From: Patescibacteria group bacterium
Lineage (GTDB): Bacteria; Patescibacteriota; Patescibacteriia; UBA9934
Assembly: GCA_038064675.1 (NCBI GenBank)
Contig: JBBTSM010000002.1
Coordinates: 6,507-70,506 of the forward strand
Direction: 5' to 3'
Length of the DNA: 64,000 bases
Program-made: the position numbers and the translations under genes
Part shown: piece by piece, positions 38,346 to 49,402 of the stretch
Layout: every line of letters starts with the position of its first letter
Position numbering within the stretch: the first letter of the stretch is position 1
Notes under the pieces: model-generated
Told to the model about the DNA's origin: nothing
The model's input: the letters and a program-made list of their open reading frames with translations, nothing else
The model's database searches: none

Positions 38346-39422
38346 CTACACCAGGGCGAGGATCTGCCGACCGACCGTGTCGTTGCTGCTGCTTCGCAGC
38401 CGGTAGCCTCCGCAGTCGTCGAGGACGCCACGTTCTGCGAGCCAGCGAATGGCGCGCTCGACGAGCCGTTCCGCGACGCGCTGTGTGTCGCCGACCATGC
38501 AGCGCATCCGGTAGACGATGATCGCCATCGTCAGCGGTGTACTTTCAGTCTTCATGACCTTGAGCACTCCGGCGACTCCCTGGGCGACGGATTTCGTCTG
38601 ATTGGGGAGGTGCGCCTGTAGCGCCTCCGCGAGCGTTCTCGGTGCCGGAATCTCCGGCCGAGGCAGCGCGATGATCGCGACCGCCTCCTTGAATGCGGGG
38701 GCGGCGATCGGTGGAGCGGCTGCCGGCGTGTGCCTTGGCTTGAACCCGCGCGTGAGGTGCTTCTCCTGACGGAGGAGGTTCCCTGCGACGGTGCGAAAGT
38801 TCTTTTTTCTTCCGTTCTTCCGCCAGCAATCCAGTACGGCTTCGAATTGCGGATGCGCCAGCATCGCGAGCGCGTTGGCCGGGCTACGGAGGTCGTCCGC
38901 AAGCAATGCTCGGTGCTGGAGCAGCTCCACGAAGACGACTTGCGCTTCGCGCGGCTGCGCGAGGAACACTCGCACCGTGGAGAGCGCGACTTCGAGGGGG
39001 ACGCCCTGAGAGCGGAAGGCATGAGCAGCGTGCGCAGCTTCCTTCGCATTCTGTTTTCCGTCGGGCATCAGGCACCAGCAGCCGAACGCCACAGGCCACC
39101 ACGTGGTGGCGGTTGCTGCACCATGTCCGTGGAAGAATCGCGCCTTGCGGTCGTGGAGCATGTGCTCACCTTTCCAGATTTGGAAGGCGAAGAAGTTTGG
39201 GTTCATCTCGCAGCATGACGTCAGGACGATGTCTGCCATGGCGGCTACCCTCGCGAGGTCGTTCGAGCGGCCACCCATGTCCAACACCAGGAACGCGGTG
39301 ACGTCGATGCCATCGTGGCTCGAGTGTCGGGTGGCCATCTGGAAGAAGGTGGTCAGCGCGTCGATGACTTCTGCCATTGCGCGGATACCGAAGAGGGGAG
39401 GGGCGACGTCGATCTCTTGCAT
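38346..39422 (-). CDS. hypothetical orphan protein (GC-rich; start uncertain)
   Basis: long ORF with a TTGACG promoter upstream and a hairpin downstream; wHTH-like C-terminus. Confidence 0.55.
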   Translation of the reverse strand: MQEIDVAPPLFGIRAMAEVIDALTTFFQMATRHSSHDGIDVTAFLVLDMGGRSNDLARVAAMADIVLTSCCEMNPNFFAFQIWKGEHMLHDRKARFFHGHGAATATTWWPVAFGCWCLMPDGKQNAKEAAHAAHAFRSQGVPLEVALSTVRVFLAQPREAQVVFVELLQHRALLADDLRSPANALAMLAHPQFEAVLDCWRKNGRKKNFRTVAGNLLRQEKHLTRGFKPRHTPAAAPPIAAPAFKEAVAIIALPRPEIPAPRTLAEALQAHLPNQTKSVAQGVAGVLKVMKTESTPLTMAIIVYRMRCMVGDTQRVAERLVERAIRWLAERGVLDDCGGYRLRSSSNDTVGRQILALV

Positions 39423-39497
39423 TGAAAAACCCTTGCCGGCAGCGCGGTATGCGCTTTGGGCAGAGAAGTATTCCCATACTTTCACGGTTTCGTCAAT

Positions 39498-39527
39498 CAA
39501 AAAACCGCCAACACTGGCGGTTTTTTG
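39498..39527 (-). terminator. rpsA terminator
   Basis: CAAAAAACCGCCA-ACAC-TGGCGGTTTTTTG. Confidence 0.75.
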
Positions 39528-39542
39528 TGACGTAGCGAATGA

Positions 39543-40703
39543 TTACGCTTTGTCTTCGGTCTTTTCAGTTTTCTCAGTCTTTGCTGCGCCTTCTTCCTTG
39601 AGGGAGAGGCCGAGGCGGTGTTCGTCTGGTTCAACGGAGACGATGCGGAACTTCATGACATCGCCTGGTTTTGCCAACTTTGTTGGGTCTTCCACTGGCT
39701 TGTCGGAAAGCTCGGAAACGTGTGCGAGGCCCTGAATGTCGGCGTCGAGTTCAACGAAGAAACCAAATGGGTTTACTTTGATGATTTTGCCTTCTACCCA
39801 GCTGCCAACCTTGTATCGCTTTGCGACGGTCTTCCAAGGGTCTTCAGTAAGCTTTTTGATGGACAAGAAAATCTTGCTTCCTTCAATACCGATGATTTCT
39901 GCACGGACGCTGTCGCCCATCTTGAGTACGTCGCGTGGGTGATCAATACGCTGCCATGCAATTTCCGAGATGTGAACCAATCCTTCGAGTGGGGTGGTGC
40001 TTCCGGTTGGGAAGAACTTCACGAATGCGCCGAAGTCTGCAACTGCAGACACGTCGCCAGCAACGATGTCGCCAACGCGGCACTGCGCGATGATGTTCTT
40101 CTGTTCCTCTTCCCAAACTGCCTTTTCAGACACGATCAGTTTTCCATCATCCTCATGAACGTCCAATACGCGAACACGCATGGTTTCGCCAATAAAGCTG
40201 CGGAGCTTCTCGAAAATCTTCTGCTTATCGCCACCGGCAACACGTGGGTAGTGTTCTGGAGCAAGTTGCGACACTGGCAAGAAGCCCTGAACGTGGTTCA
40301 CGCGAACGATGAGCCCGCCCTTGTTTGCGTCCAATACCTTTACTGGGATTGGTTCGCCAGAGGTGGAGAGTTCGCTCAAATCTTTCCATGCGCGCTGCTG
40401 ACCAGCGTAACGGAATGAAAGCTCAACTTCGCCGTTCTCGTTTTCCATGTCGACCACGGTTGCTTCAACTTCGTCACCGTCTTTGAGGTTCTTGTAGGCT
40501 TCCGCTTCCGCATACAATTCGCGACCACGAACAACACCAGTGGTAAGGCCAAGAATGTCGATGCGGATTTCACGACCCTTTGTAGAAAGCACCTTGCCCT
40601 TAATGGTGTCGCCAAGCTTTGGGATGGTGAACAATCCCTCTTCCTTCAAGAGCTCGTCGAGCTTGCTTGATGTGACTACCGCTGCCTTTTTCGCTTCTTT
40701 CAT
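39543..40703 (-). CDS. rpsA: 30S ribosomal protein S1 (4 S1 domains)
   Basis: ANKGGL, GFLPVSQL, FGAFV, GLVHISE, GLAHVSEL. Confidence 0.92.
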   Translation of the reverse strand: MKEAKKAAVVTSSKLDELLKEEGLFTIPKLGDTIKGKVLSTKGREIRIDILGLTTGVVRGRELYAEAEAYKNLKDGDEVEATVVDMENENGEVELSFRYAGQQRAWKDLSELSTSGEPIPVKVLDANKGGLIVRVNHVQGFLPVSQLAPEHYPRVAGGDKQKIFEKLRSFIGETMRVRVLDVHEDDGKLIVSEKAVWEEEQKNIIAQCRVGDIVAGDVSAVADFGAFVKFFPTGSTTPLEGLVHISEIAWQRIDHPRDVLKMGDSVRAEIIGIEGSKIFLSIKKLTEDPWKTVAKRYKVGSWVEGKIIKVNPFGFFVELDADIQGLAHVSELSDKPVEDPTKLAKPGDVMKFRIVSVEPDEHRLGLSLKEEGAAKTEKTEKTEDKA

Positions 40704-40879
40704 AAAGAAAATATCCTGATCGAGCTACGGGCCAAATGGCCGATAGGCGCTCAGGGGCTAAGAATGAAGAAGTGGCAAAAGAGTACAGGGCTTAGCGAAA
40801 ATCGGCAAGTGTTGCGCCGTGGGCAAAGAGAATCGTATTGTGATATACATAATGTAAGAATCATCTCACCCAATGTCCT

Positions 40880-41347
40880 ATGACTGTTGGAGAATTGATG
40901 AAGACTGATGTGATTACGGTTTCGCCGTCGTTAAGCTGGCGAGAGGCTGCAGAATTGCTACTCGCTCGGGGCATTTCTGCCGCGCCCGTGGTTGATGACT
41001 CCGGCCATTTAGTAGGGATTTTGAGTGAGAAGGACCTGTTTCGTGGATTGTTTCCGAGTTTTAAAGATTGGGTACAGACGCCGGAGAATTACCTCGACTT
41101 CGATGCTATGGAGCATCATGCGGCTGATGCGATGGGAAAGAAGGTGTCCGACGTGATGAGTACGCGGGTGATTACTGCGGAACCACACACGCCTATTTTG
41201 AAGGTTGGGGCGCTGATGGTTTCATCCGGAATCCACCACATTCCCGTCGTTGAACACGATATTCTCGTCGGCATTGTCGGCCGTGGTGATATGTATCGGG
41301 CGATTATGAAACAGTATTTTGGGATGGGGAAATCTGACGCGACATAG
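40880..41347 (+). CDS. CBS-domain protein
   Basis: paired CBS motifs 'APVVDD..LVGILSEKD' and 'IPVVE..LVGIVGRGD'. Confidence 0.9.
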   Translation: MTVGELMKTDVITVSPSLSWREAAELLLARGISAAPVVDDSGHLVGILSEKDLFRGLFPSFKDWVQTPENYLDFDAMEHHAADAMGKKVSDVMSTRVITAEPHTPILKVGALMVSSGIHHIPVVEHDILVGIVGRGDMYRAIMKQYFGMGKSDAT

Positions 41348-41453
41348 AGTGTGGAAATTGATACGATGGAAGCAATCCCCGGTGACTGTTGTTTATACTC
41401 GTAGCCTTGAGGCGTGGAGGGATCGCCCAGGTGGTCTGCGTAGCATATTTTTT

Positions 41454-41801
41454 ATGCTTGATACACAGGATATTCAGGTACTTCGTGAGATCTTCGGTGA
41501 GATGCTTGGGAAGAATAATGTGATTCTTCGAGACGAAATGTTTGCTGTTCGAGATGAGATGATCGGTCGGATAGACGGCGCTCGAGATGAGATGATCGGC
41601 AGAATTGACGGTACTCGTGACGAGATGACGGGTCGAATTGATGGGATGAAAGGCTGGATGGAGACATTACTCCAAAAGGAACTTCGTTCTGTTCGCGACG
41701 ACATCATCGAAGTCATTAATGACGGTGTACTGCCGCAGATTGATCGATTGAATATTCGTGTGACGCGGTTGGAGCGTATGCAGCGACAGGGATCGTTTTA
41801 A
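41454..41801 (+). CDS. coiled-coil hypothetical protein with 11-aa repeats
   Basis: RDEM(I/T)GRIDG x3, encoded by 33-bp tandem repeats at ~41549-41647. Confidence 0.7.
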   Translation: MLDTQDIQVLREIFGEMLGKNNVILRDEMFAVRDEMIGRIDGARDEMIGRIDGTRDEMTGRIDGMKGWMETLLQKELRSVRDDIIEVINDGVLPQIDRLNIRVTRLERMQRQGSF

Positions 41802-41817
41802 TTTCCTTCTTCGATTT

Positions 41818-41849
41818 GAAGACCCACCCAACGCAATGGGTGGGTCTTC
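41818..41849 (+). terminator. intrinsic terminator
   Basis: GAAGACCCACCCA-ACGCAA-TGGGTGGGTCTTC followed by GCGTTTT. Confidence 0.7.
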
Positions 41850-41865
41850 GCGTTTTATGAACTGG

Positions 41866-42211
41866 ATCTGAACTGACCTTGGAGGGGGTTGTGATGGGAG
41901 GGCGGCGAGAGGCATCATCGGCGAGCTGGGGTATTCGATTTTAAAAAGGGTGTTTTGGTAATGCGAATCATTCGCAGAAAGAAATCGCTATTCGATATTT
42001 ACAACCTTCGAGGTCGGCGATGACGTCGTTTACGCTCGGCGATCGCGCATTTCCGAAATCGATCTCACTTTTCATCGATTTCAGGCTCAGAATGTATTCT
42101 GCTGCCCAGTTTTAAAACCCCAAAAAACGAGGGTATCGTTTTCTGCCGCAGCACCTCATACTCCCAGGCTTCGCGCCGTCTCGTCCCAACCCTCAAAGGT
42201 TCAGGTCAGAT
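41866..42211. other. ~345-nt folded intergenic element (candidate ncRNA or non-autonomous element)
   Basis: long imperfect terminal inverted arms plus several internal hairpins; no convincing ORF. Confidence 0.55.
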
Positions 42212-42279
42212 AGATCGGTTAGGCGTTCTCCACAGTACTTCTGCCTTTTTTATTGCGTTGTCGTTACACTACCAACACT

Positions 42280-42975
42280 ATGGCACACCCAAACGGAGAG
42301 ATGGTGCAGGATTTTCGGAAAGCGGTTGGGCGGTTAGTGCCGCTCGCACCAAAGACGATTCGTGATGAAGCAATGCGGCTTGCTGACGATTTGGAGCAGA
42401 ACGAATCATCAACGGTTGAGCAGATCCGCCAAGCATTGGTGTATGTTGGAAAAAAAGAATTTCCGTATCGAAAGGCGTACCAAGAGTTGTGTGCTGGCGA
42501 CGAGGAAGCGCGCTTGCAAGAGTTCGTCCTCGGAAAGCTCGACGCATCGTTAAAAGGAAAGATGGAGCCGGTGGTGAAGTACGGCGTGCACATTTTGGAT
42601 TTTGTGAAGAGTTCACAGTTCGAATCAGAGCTCACCGATGACGAGCGATCGCGGGTCGACCGTGAAATTCTTGCTGCACACGACGTGCTCGACCGGCAGT
42701 GCGACGAACGTGCGGCGGCTCGGCGGGGAACATACGACGAACTTGTTGCGCGATGGTCGGCAACACAGGAACACATCCAACAGATGATTGAGGTATTGCG
42801 CGGCATGGCGGATCGCGATCCGGAATATCATGATGATATTTTGGCGCGTGTCCAGCAATTCGAAGACGGATGGTCTATGGTGGAAACTGATCCGACGGTG
42901 GATGACGTGCAGAAAGAAATTACGTATTGGACCGGTGTGCTGAGTGAGGATGAAGAGGATGGTGCCTCGGAGTAA
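42280..42975 (+). CDS. hypothetical helical protein
   Basis: 231-aa ORF, host-like codon usage, TACACT just upstream. Confidence 0.75.
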   Translation: MAHPNGEMVQDFRKAVGRLVPLAPKTIRDEAMRLADDLEQNESSTVEQIRQALVYVGKKEFPYRKAYQELCAGDEEARLQEFVLGKLDASLKGKMEPVVKYGVHILDFVKSSQFESELTDDERSRVDREILAAHDVLDRQCDERAAARRGTYDELVARWSATQEHIQQMIEVLRGMADRDPEYHDDILARVQQFEDGWSMVETDPTVDDVQKEITYWTGVLSEDEEDGASE

Positions 42976-43009
42976 CTTGTGTTACCGTACTGACGAATTC
43001 GAGCCGATT

Positions 43010-43660
43010 ATGAATATTACCTGGAACGGTGCGGGAAGTATTGTTTTGACGGCAAAGCCTGGTCAAACAGAAGTGTCGTTGGTGACAAATCCGTTTTTTG
43101 CAGAAGGTTCGATGAAATTTCCAAAGCAGATCGAAGCATCAATGATTGCGCGAACGCACGATGATGATTCGACGGGAAACATGCAGGCAATTATTGCGGA
43201 GCATGACGGCGGTTCAACGCCTTTTGTTGTCGATCACGCTGGTGAATACGAAGTGCGCGGATTATTTGCCACGGGAATTTCGGCGCCAAAGAAGGACGGC
43301 ACACCACACACGATTTATCGATTCGACGTTGAAGGAATGCATGTTGGATTCCTTGGCGCGATTGATCGCGCGCTGACAGCAAAGGAGCAAGAAGCACTTG
43401 GCGCCGTGGATATTCTTTTGATCCCTGCCGGTGGAGGAAGCGTTCTTGGTGCGTCTGCCGCGGCTGAGCTCGTTACGCAGATCGAGCCACGCGTCGTTAT
43501 CCCAATATACGTGAACGCTTTTGAGGGCGACGGATATGCGGAAAGTGCGGCGTTTGTGCGGGAAATCGGTGCTCCGTCCGAAACTCTGACGAAGTACAAG
43601 ATGACGCGTGCAGGTCTTCCGGAAGAAGACATGGCGGTAGTCGTTCTTGCCCGTGGGTAG
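43010..43660 (+). CDS. MBL-fold (Lactamase_B_3-like) protein with degenerate metal motif
   Basis: 'MNITWNG', 'AGEYEVRG', 'VDILLIPAGG', 'IEPRVVIP'; THDDD in place of HxHxDH. Confidence 0.8.
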   Translation: MNITWNGAGSIVLTAKPGQTEVSLVTNPFFAEGSMKFPKQIEASMIARTHDDDSTGNMQAIIAEHDGGSTPFVVDHAGEYEVRGLFATGISAPKKDGTPHTIYRFDVEGMHVGFLGAIDRALTAKEQEALGAVDILLIPAGGGSVLGASAAAELVTQIEPRVVIPIYVNAFEGDGYAESAAFVREIGAPSETLTKYKMTRAGLPEEDMAVVVLARG

Positions 43661-43663
43661 CAT

Positions 43664-43939
43664 ATGGATACCCCACGTATCGTCATTCCCAAGCGGCGAT
43701 TCCTTGTTGGGAAAACAGCGTGGATTGTTGCGGTGATTGCGGGCGTTGTGCTCGTTGGCACAGTGATCCAGATGCGCATGACCTGGACGCGAGAACGAAC
43801 ACGCGGGGTAACGAGTGACGCCGTTGATCTCTTAAACACCGTGAAGACAGAGCTCGGAACGGTTCTTCCTCCGGCGAGTGTGCTTGCACCAATTACCGAC
43901 GCGTTTACGTCAGACTCTTCCACTTCTTCCTCCAACTAA
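43664..43939 (+). CDS. small membrane protein
   Basis: single TM; sits between the MBL gene and gyrA in the same operon. Confidence 0.55.
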   Translation: MDTPRIVIPKRRFLVGKTAWIVAVIAGVVLVGTVIQMRMTWTRERTRGVTSDAVDLLNTVKTELGTVLPPASVLAPITDAFTSDSSTSSSN

Positions 43940-43944
43940 CCTGT

Positions 43945-46470
43945 ATGGCAAAAGCAAACGACACCACCGAAGTTCTTCCAGAAGATCCAGGTCTCGTCCC
44001 TGTTGGCGGGCTCATTCAACAAAGCATCACGGAAGAAATGCGTCATGCATACTTGGACTATGCCATGTCCGTGATTGTTGCTCGCGCACTTCCAGACGTT
44101 CGTGACGGTATGAAGCCGGTGCATCGCCGTATTTTGTATGCCATGTGGGATATCGGTTTGCGCGCGAATGCAAAGTTCCGAAAGTCTGCAACCATCGTTG
44201 GAGAGGTGCTTGGTAAATATCACCCGCACGGCGATATTTCCGTGTACGACTCCATGGTTCGCATGGCTCAAGACTTCTCGTTCCGCTATCCACTCGTTAC
44301 TGGTCAGGGAAACTTTGGTTCTATGGACGGCGACGGCGCCGCTGCGTATCGATACACCGAGGCAAAGCTTTCCCCGATTGCCGAAGAGATGCTTATCGAT
44401 ATTGAAAAAAACACGGTGAACTTTGTACCGAACTACGATGGTAGTCACGATGAACCAGCAGTGCTTCCAGCAAAACTTCCAAACTTGTTGCTCAACGGCA
44501 TGATTGGTATTGCTGTGGGTATGGCGACGAATATTCCCCCACATAACGTGAAGGAAATCAGCACAGCCATTTTGAAGCTCATCGACAATCCGGACACGAC
44601 GATCGATGAGATTGTTGGAGTGATGCCTGGTCCAGATTTTCCAACCGGCGGAATTGTCTATGGCACCAACGATCTTCGTGCGGCATATGCAACGGGTCGT
44701 GGGGGAGTCGTCGTTCGCGCAAAGACCGATATTATCGAAGGGAAAAAAGATACTGCGGTTATTATTGTCTCGGAAATTCCATACCTCGTGAACAAGAGTT
44801 CGCTTATTGAAAAGATTGCGGATCTTGTGCGTGAAAAGAAGCTTGAGGGCATTCGCGATATTCGTGATGAATCGAACAAAGAAGGTGTTCGTATTGTTAT
44901 CGAGCTCAAGAAAGACGCGTATCCACGAAAAGTGTTGAATCGTTTGTATCAATCAACACAGCTTCAGACGACGTTCCACTACAACATGCTCGCGCTTGTT
45001 GATGGAATTCAGCCTCGGGTGCTAAATGTGAAACAAATTCTTGAAGAGCACATTAAACACCGCAAAGAAGTGGTGAAGCGTCGTACGGAATACGATTTGG
45101 CACGTATTGATGACCGTTTGCACATTTTGGATGGCTTGCGTATTGCGCTTGCGAATATCGACAAGGTAATTGCCACCATCAAGAAATCGAAGGACAAGGA
45201 CGAAGCACGCGTGAATTTGATGAAGCAGTTTTCCATGAGCGAGCGTCAGGCGATCGCGATTCTGGAAATGCGGTTGCAGGCTTTGGCGAACCTTGAGCAG
45301 TTGCGCATTGAGCAGGAGTACGCCGAGAAGATGAAAATCAAGGAGGCGTTGGAAGCGATTTTGAAGAGCGAAAAGAAGTTGCTTGCGGTGCTCCGCGGCG
45401 AGCTTGTTGAGCTTGCAGAAAAGTTTGGCGACGAGCGACGCACAAAGATTGTGAAGGCTGGCGTGAAGGAATTCTCAATGGAGGATATTATTGCGGACGT
45501 TCCAGCCGTCGTCATGATGACGAAAGATGGTTACATCAAGCGCTTAGCGCCAGATACATTTACGCAGCAGGGTCGTGGCGGAAAGGGCGTTATTGGATTA
45601 ACAACAAAGGAGGAGGATATTGTTGAGGCGATGTATTCGGCGACGACGCATGACGACATGATGTTCTTCACGTCGCGCGGCCGCGTGTTCCGTTTGAAGG
45701 CGTACGAAATTCCAGAAGCGTCGCGTACGGCAAAGGGTCAGGCGATTGTGAACTTCCTCGAACTTGGACCTGGCGAGAAAGTCTCATCGGTGCTCGTTGG
45801 AAACTTGAAGAAACAGCTTGGTGCGAAGTTCATCATGATGGTGACGAACCGCGGAACGATTAAAAAGACAAAGCTCGAAGATTTTGAGAATGTCCGTAAG
45901 TCGGGATTGATCGCGATCAAACTCAACGACGGCGACAACTTGCAGTGGGTACGAACATCCACCGGGAAAGATCAGGTGATGTTGGCTACGATGAACGGTA
46001 TGTCGATTCGTTTTAACGAGGACGATGTTCGCGCGATGGGCCGTGTTGCTGCGGGTGTTCGCGGAATGAAGCTGAAGGGTGACGACGAAATTATCGGCAT
46101 GGAAGTGATTAGTGCGGAAGCGCAGAAAGAAGGTCGACAGCTTCTGACTATTATGGGAAATGGGTACGGAAAACGCACCGACATCGAAGAGTACGGCATT
46201 CAGGGTCGCGGCGGATCTGGAATCAAGACCGCGCAGATTACCGCGAAAACAGGAAAGCTCGTGTGCGCATATGTGACAGAGATGAAAGATTCGCGCGACT
46301 TGCTCATCATGTCGCAAGGCGGACAGATCATTCGTACATCAGTGACATCGGTTTCTGTCATCGGTCGCGCAACACAAGGCGTTCGTGTGATGCGTTTCAA
46401 ACAGGCAGGTGATATGGTTGCAACAGCAACAGTTGTTGCGGGAGCGGTGGAAGAGAAGGAGGAAAAGTAG
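43945..46470 (+). CDS. gyrA: DNA gyrase subunit A
   Basis: [33 protein letters not shown], GyrA-box QGRGGKG. Confidence 0.98.
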   Translation: MAKANDTTEVLPEDPGLVPVGGLIQQSITEEMRHAYLDYAMSVIVARALPDVRDGMKPVHRRILYAMWDIGLRANAKFRKSATIVGEVLGKYHPHGDISVYDSMVRMAQDFSFRYPLVTGQGNFGSMDGDGAAAYRYTEAKLSPIAEEMLIDIEKNTVNFVPNYDGSHDEPAVLPAKLPNLLLNGMIGIAVGMATNIPPHNVKEISTAILKLIDNPDTTIDEIVGVMPGPDFPTGGIVYGTNDLRAAYATGRGGVVVRAKTDIIEGKKDTAVIIVSEIPYLVNKSSLIEKIADLVREKKLEGIRDIRDESNKEGVRIVIELKKDAYPRKVLNRLYQSTQLQTTFHYNMLALVDGIQPRVLNVKQILEEHIKHRKEVVKRRTEYDLARIDDRLHILDGLRIALANIDKVIATIKKSKDKDEARVNLMKQFSMSERQAIAILEMRLQALANLEQLRIEQEYAEKMKIKEALEAILKSEKKLLAVLRGELVELAEKFGDERRTKIVKAGVKEFSMEDIIADVPAVVMMTKDGYIKRLAPDTFTQQGRGGKGVIGLTTKEEDIVEAMYSATTHDDMMFFTSRGRVFRLKAYEIPEASRTAKGQAIVNFLELGPGEKVSSVLVGNLKKQLGAKFIMMVTNRGTIKKTKLEDFENVRKSGLIAIKLNDGDNLQWVRTSTGKDQVMLATMNGMSIRFNEDDVRAMGRVAAGVRGMKLKGDDEIIGMEVISAEAQKEGRQLLTIMGNGYGKRTDIEEYGIQGRGGSGIKTAQITAKTGKLVCAYVTEMKDSRDLLIMSQGGQIIRTSVTSVSVIGRATQGVRVMRFKQAGDMVATATVVAGAVEEKEEK

Positions 46471-46551
46471 AGGCGGCCCGCTGGGTCGTCTCAAACAAAA
46501 CACGTCGCGCAGTGCGGCGTGTTTTTGTATCATGGTAAAATGTGCCCAAGT

Positions 46552-49341
46552 ATGTCAAACGAAAAGATTCCGGATAAAGAAGAACAAAATGGGTCTCTTC
46601 CTAAAAAACAAGACGGAGGTACGCTTGGGCGTGATGTTTTCGGTGTATTGTCCGATGAAGATATTCAACCATACGATTTGGATGAGTCTGACGGGTCTCA
46701 AATCGAGCCTGGAATGACGGTGCAAACAAATATTCCTGCGATTCCTGGGGCTATAAGCTCCTACAGTTCCCCCCTGGGTCAGGGTTCTGATAATGCTTCG
46801 TTGGCAGGTGTTTCTGCGCTTGAACTGGAGAATAGAGCGAAGGAGGGGCACGCAATGACCCACGAACGGCTTGTAGAGACCGAAGCATTGTCCTTGAAAC
46901 ATTTGGTTTCCAGAACGCGAGCAACATTACAAAAAGAAGTTGACGCGCGACCGGCTCTTACAAACGTCGTTGAACTTATTGATGGTTTAGAAATACAGCT
47001 TGCTGGTCTGATTGAGGAGCTTGAAGATAATGCTGCGGATTGCGATGGGGTGCATATCGATGCATCTCGATACTCCCTGATGCCCATTGATACGCTAGTA
47101 GCGGCGATCGCAGAAGATCTTGCTCGAGTTTCAGAATTTGTTGGTCGAGATAGTAAAAATGGCTATTTAGGATCTACGTATACTGCTTCTGCAAAGACAT
47201 ATATTACAGAGCGGCTTCGCTATGAATCGCTGAGAGAATATTTACTCGTAAGCGCGAAACAGCAGGAGGGAAACCTCGGACAAGAAGGCGTGTCATCGCA
47301 TCGCCAACATCCGTCTGAGGTTCCTACGACGGATATTGTCGATGAGTTTCGACGAGCCCAGATTTTGGACGACGCGCGCAACATCGTTGGCGTTGATGCA
47401 CTCGCGACTCGATTGCGCATTATCGTCGCATTCTTTGACCGCTCTGCCGAGCTTCTCGCTCAGGAGAAAAATGCAGCCATTGCGCTACGGAAAAGGACGA
47501 AATTGACTTTGAATCGCGATCTGCTTCTTCGCGAAATTGATAGGCGCCTTGCGGACTCGATACAGACGCTTGGAATATCCGAATCCGCATCGGATCAAGG
47601 TATTCGTTCCGCGTATGAAAAACGAATGACTGAACTTGAGAAGAGGCATTCCAGTATAAACACGGAAGAGTATGCCCATCTGGTGGCAGAGCTCGAACAC
47701 GCTCGCGATATGCTTCTAGGGAGGAGCGCGCAGATGCAATCTGAGGCTCGTGCTGTGCTTGGAATTGACGAAACAGCTTCAGAGTCGGAAATTTTGTCGA
47801 TGTATACCCAGCGCGTGAACGCTGTAAACAGAGGAAAGACACACCTTTCTTCGATGGATGTTGAATTGATAGTAGGAGAACTCCGCCGATGCGTAGACAG
47901 CCTTATTTCGCCAGCGCGCCAAGGGCTTTTAAGAGACATTGCAACGCTTCGTATTTCGGAAGCGGCTTCGATGGAAGAAATACTTTCCGCATACGATCAT
48001 CGTATTGCCGCTCTTGAGAGTGGGGGCAAACATGCGACTTCACGTGGAATCACCGAAAAGCGTACGGAGCTTGTGTTGGCTCGCGATAGAATGCTTTTAT
48101 ACAGAAAGGGACAGCAACAGCGAGAGATGGAGGCACTCGCCGCGAAGAATCCTCATGTGTTATTTGGCATTCCAGAAGATGCGACGCGTATGCAGATTGA
48201 GCAAGCGTTTGCTGCACATATGCAGGTTTTAGACTTTGATCGTGCGGAAGATCGAAGGGAAATAGCGGATCTTCAGCGCGCGCGGGAGCGATTGTTGGTT
48301 CGTGCTGAAGCTCGGGAAAAGGAAGAGACATTTCGTCGTGCAGAAGAGAATCGAGAGGCTCAAGAAGAAGCGGATCGGGCGCATTATGCCTGGCTTACAA
48401 GACCGATGGTTTTCCCGGAAGTTCAGAAGCAGGTTCCTGAGCAGAGGCGAGAGGTATCTGAAGGCCTCTTAACGAAGTTGGCCCGTATTCCTGGGCGATG
48501 GATTCGTGGATTAGTCCTCAGCGGAACCGCTTTTGCTGCTATTGGCGAATCCGCGGAGCATCAGAAGGAGATTGAGCAGGCGGCGGAATCTGCGCGCGCT
48601 GCTGAAACGTTGCGAAGTGATCAAGGAGGGGTAGACGTGGATCAGGATAGGAATACTGAGGATTCGGTGGCTACTCGAATCCTGCCTGTTGAAGTTCCAA
48701 ATACCGACCATGTCGTTGCGGATCGTGAGACCTTGTGGAAAGTTCTGAGCGATGAAATTCGCAATCGCGATTTGCGTGTCACGAACGAAAAGATTGTGAC
48801 ATTGAAACATTACGCCGATTTGGAAAATCCGGGAGTCGATTGGGAAAAGCTTCAGGTTGGGCAGGTTATTCATTTGAAGCAGGTGGAGGGCATGCTCGAT
48901 CAAATGGAAGGGAAGCCGACGCCGCTCCCAGAATCCGGATTCCGTGCGGTGCTCACAGACGAATCCATTGCTGAGGACAATATTCCTGCATCAACCTTCG
49001 GTAAGGAAGTTCAACGAATCAATCATGTTATTGATAGAGGAATGACTCCGGAATTCGCAGAAGCTAAGGCGTATAGCGACATTCCTCGCAACGGACACGA
49101 AAAACACGCGATGGTGAAAGGGGAATGGATTTACAAGATTATTCACCTCATGCTTGGTGAGAGCGGCTTCAACTGGAGTGTGCCACGCATGACGCGATTG
49201 AAAAACATGACACTGCAGGAGAATGGATTATCGGAAGCTCAGGCCGCGAAGCTTCCGCCCGGTGCGATTGTTTCATTCAATAGCGTGCTTCAAGAAATTC
49301 AAGCAATGAAAGCGGCAAAGGAAAAGACGAAAAAGAAGTAG
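46552..49341 (+). CDS. large protein with four J-domain-like repeats (no HPD) and two LysM-like domains
   Basis: 'LGI.E.AS..EI..AY' x4; 'HVVADRETLWKV...LQVGQVIHL' and 'HAMVKGEWIYKI...LPPGAIVSF'. Confidence 0.65.
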   Translation: MSNEKIPDKEEQNGSLPKKQDGGTLGRDVFGVLSDEDIQPYDLDESDGSQIEPGMTVQTNIPAIPGAISSYSSPLGQGSDNASLAGVSALELENRAKEGHAMTHERLVETEALSLKHLVSRTRATLQKEVDARPALTNVVELIDGLEIQLAGLIEELEDNAADCDGVHIDASRYSLMPIDTLVAAIAEDLARVSEFVGRDSKNGYLGSTYTASAKTYITERLRYESLREYLLVSAKQQEGNLGQEGVSSHRQHPSEVPTTDIVDEFRRAQILDDARNIVGVDALATRLRIIVAFFDRSAELLAQEKNAAIALRKRTKLTLNRDLLLREIDRRLADSIQTLGISESASDQGIRSAYEKRMTELEKRHSSINTEEYAHLVAELEHARDMLLGRSAQMQSEARAVLGIDETASESEILSMYTQRVNAVNRGKTHLSSMDVELIVGELRRCVDSLISPARQGLLRDIATLRISEAASMEEILSAYDHRIAALESGGKHATSRGITEKRTELVLARDRMLLYRKGQQQREMEALAAKNPHVLFGIPEDATRMQIEQAFAAHMQVLDFDRAEDRREIADLQRARERLLVRAEAREKEETFRRAEENREAQEEADRAHYAWLTRPMVFPEVQKQVPEQRREVSEGLLTKLARIPGRWIRGLVLSGTAFAAIGESAEHQKEIEQAAESARAAETLRSDQGGVDVDQDRNTEDSVATRILPVEVPNTDHVVADRETLWKVLSDEIRNRDLRVTNEKIVTLKHYADLENPGVDWEKLQVGQVIHLKQVEGMLDQMEGKPTPLPESGFRAVLTDESIAEDNIPASTFGKEVQRINHVIDRGMTPEFAEAKAYSDIPRNGHEKHAMVKGEWIYKIIHLMLGESGFNWSVPRMTRLKNMTLQENGLSEAQAAKLPPGAIVSFNSVLQEIQAMKAAKEKTKKK

Positions 49342-49402
49342 AGACGCATGACGGCCGGCTTCCCGAGGGATGCCGGCCGTTCGTGTTGGTGACGTGTTCG
49401 TC

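Noticed and set aside
41549-41647. 33-bp tandem repeats as a regulatory or CRISPR-like array
   Set aside because: They are in-frame coding repeats (11-aa coiled coil) with third-position variation and no spacers.
41866-42211. tmRNA or RNase P RNA, based on size
   Set aside because: No tRNA-like ends or tag ORF, and no GAGGAAAGUCC/AGUCGGC conserved regions on either strand.
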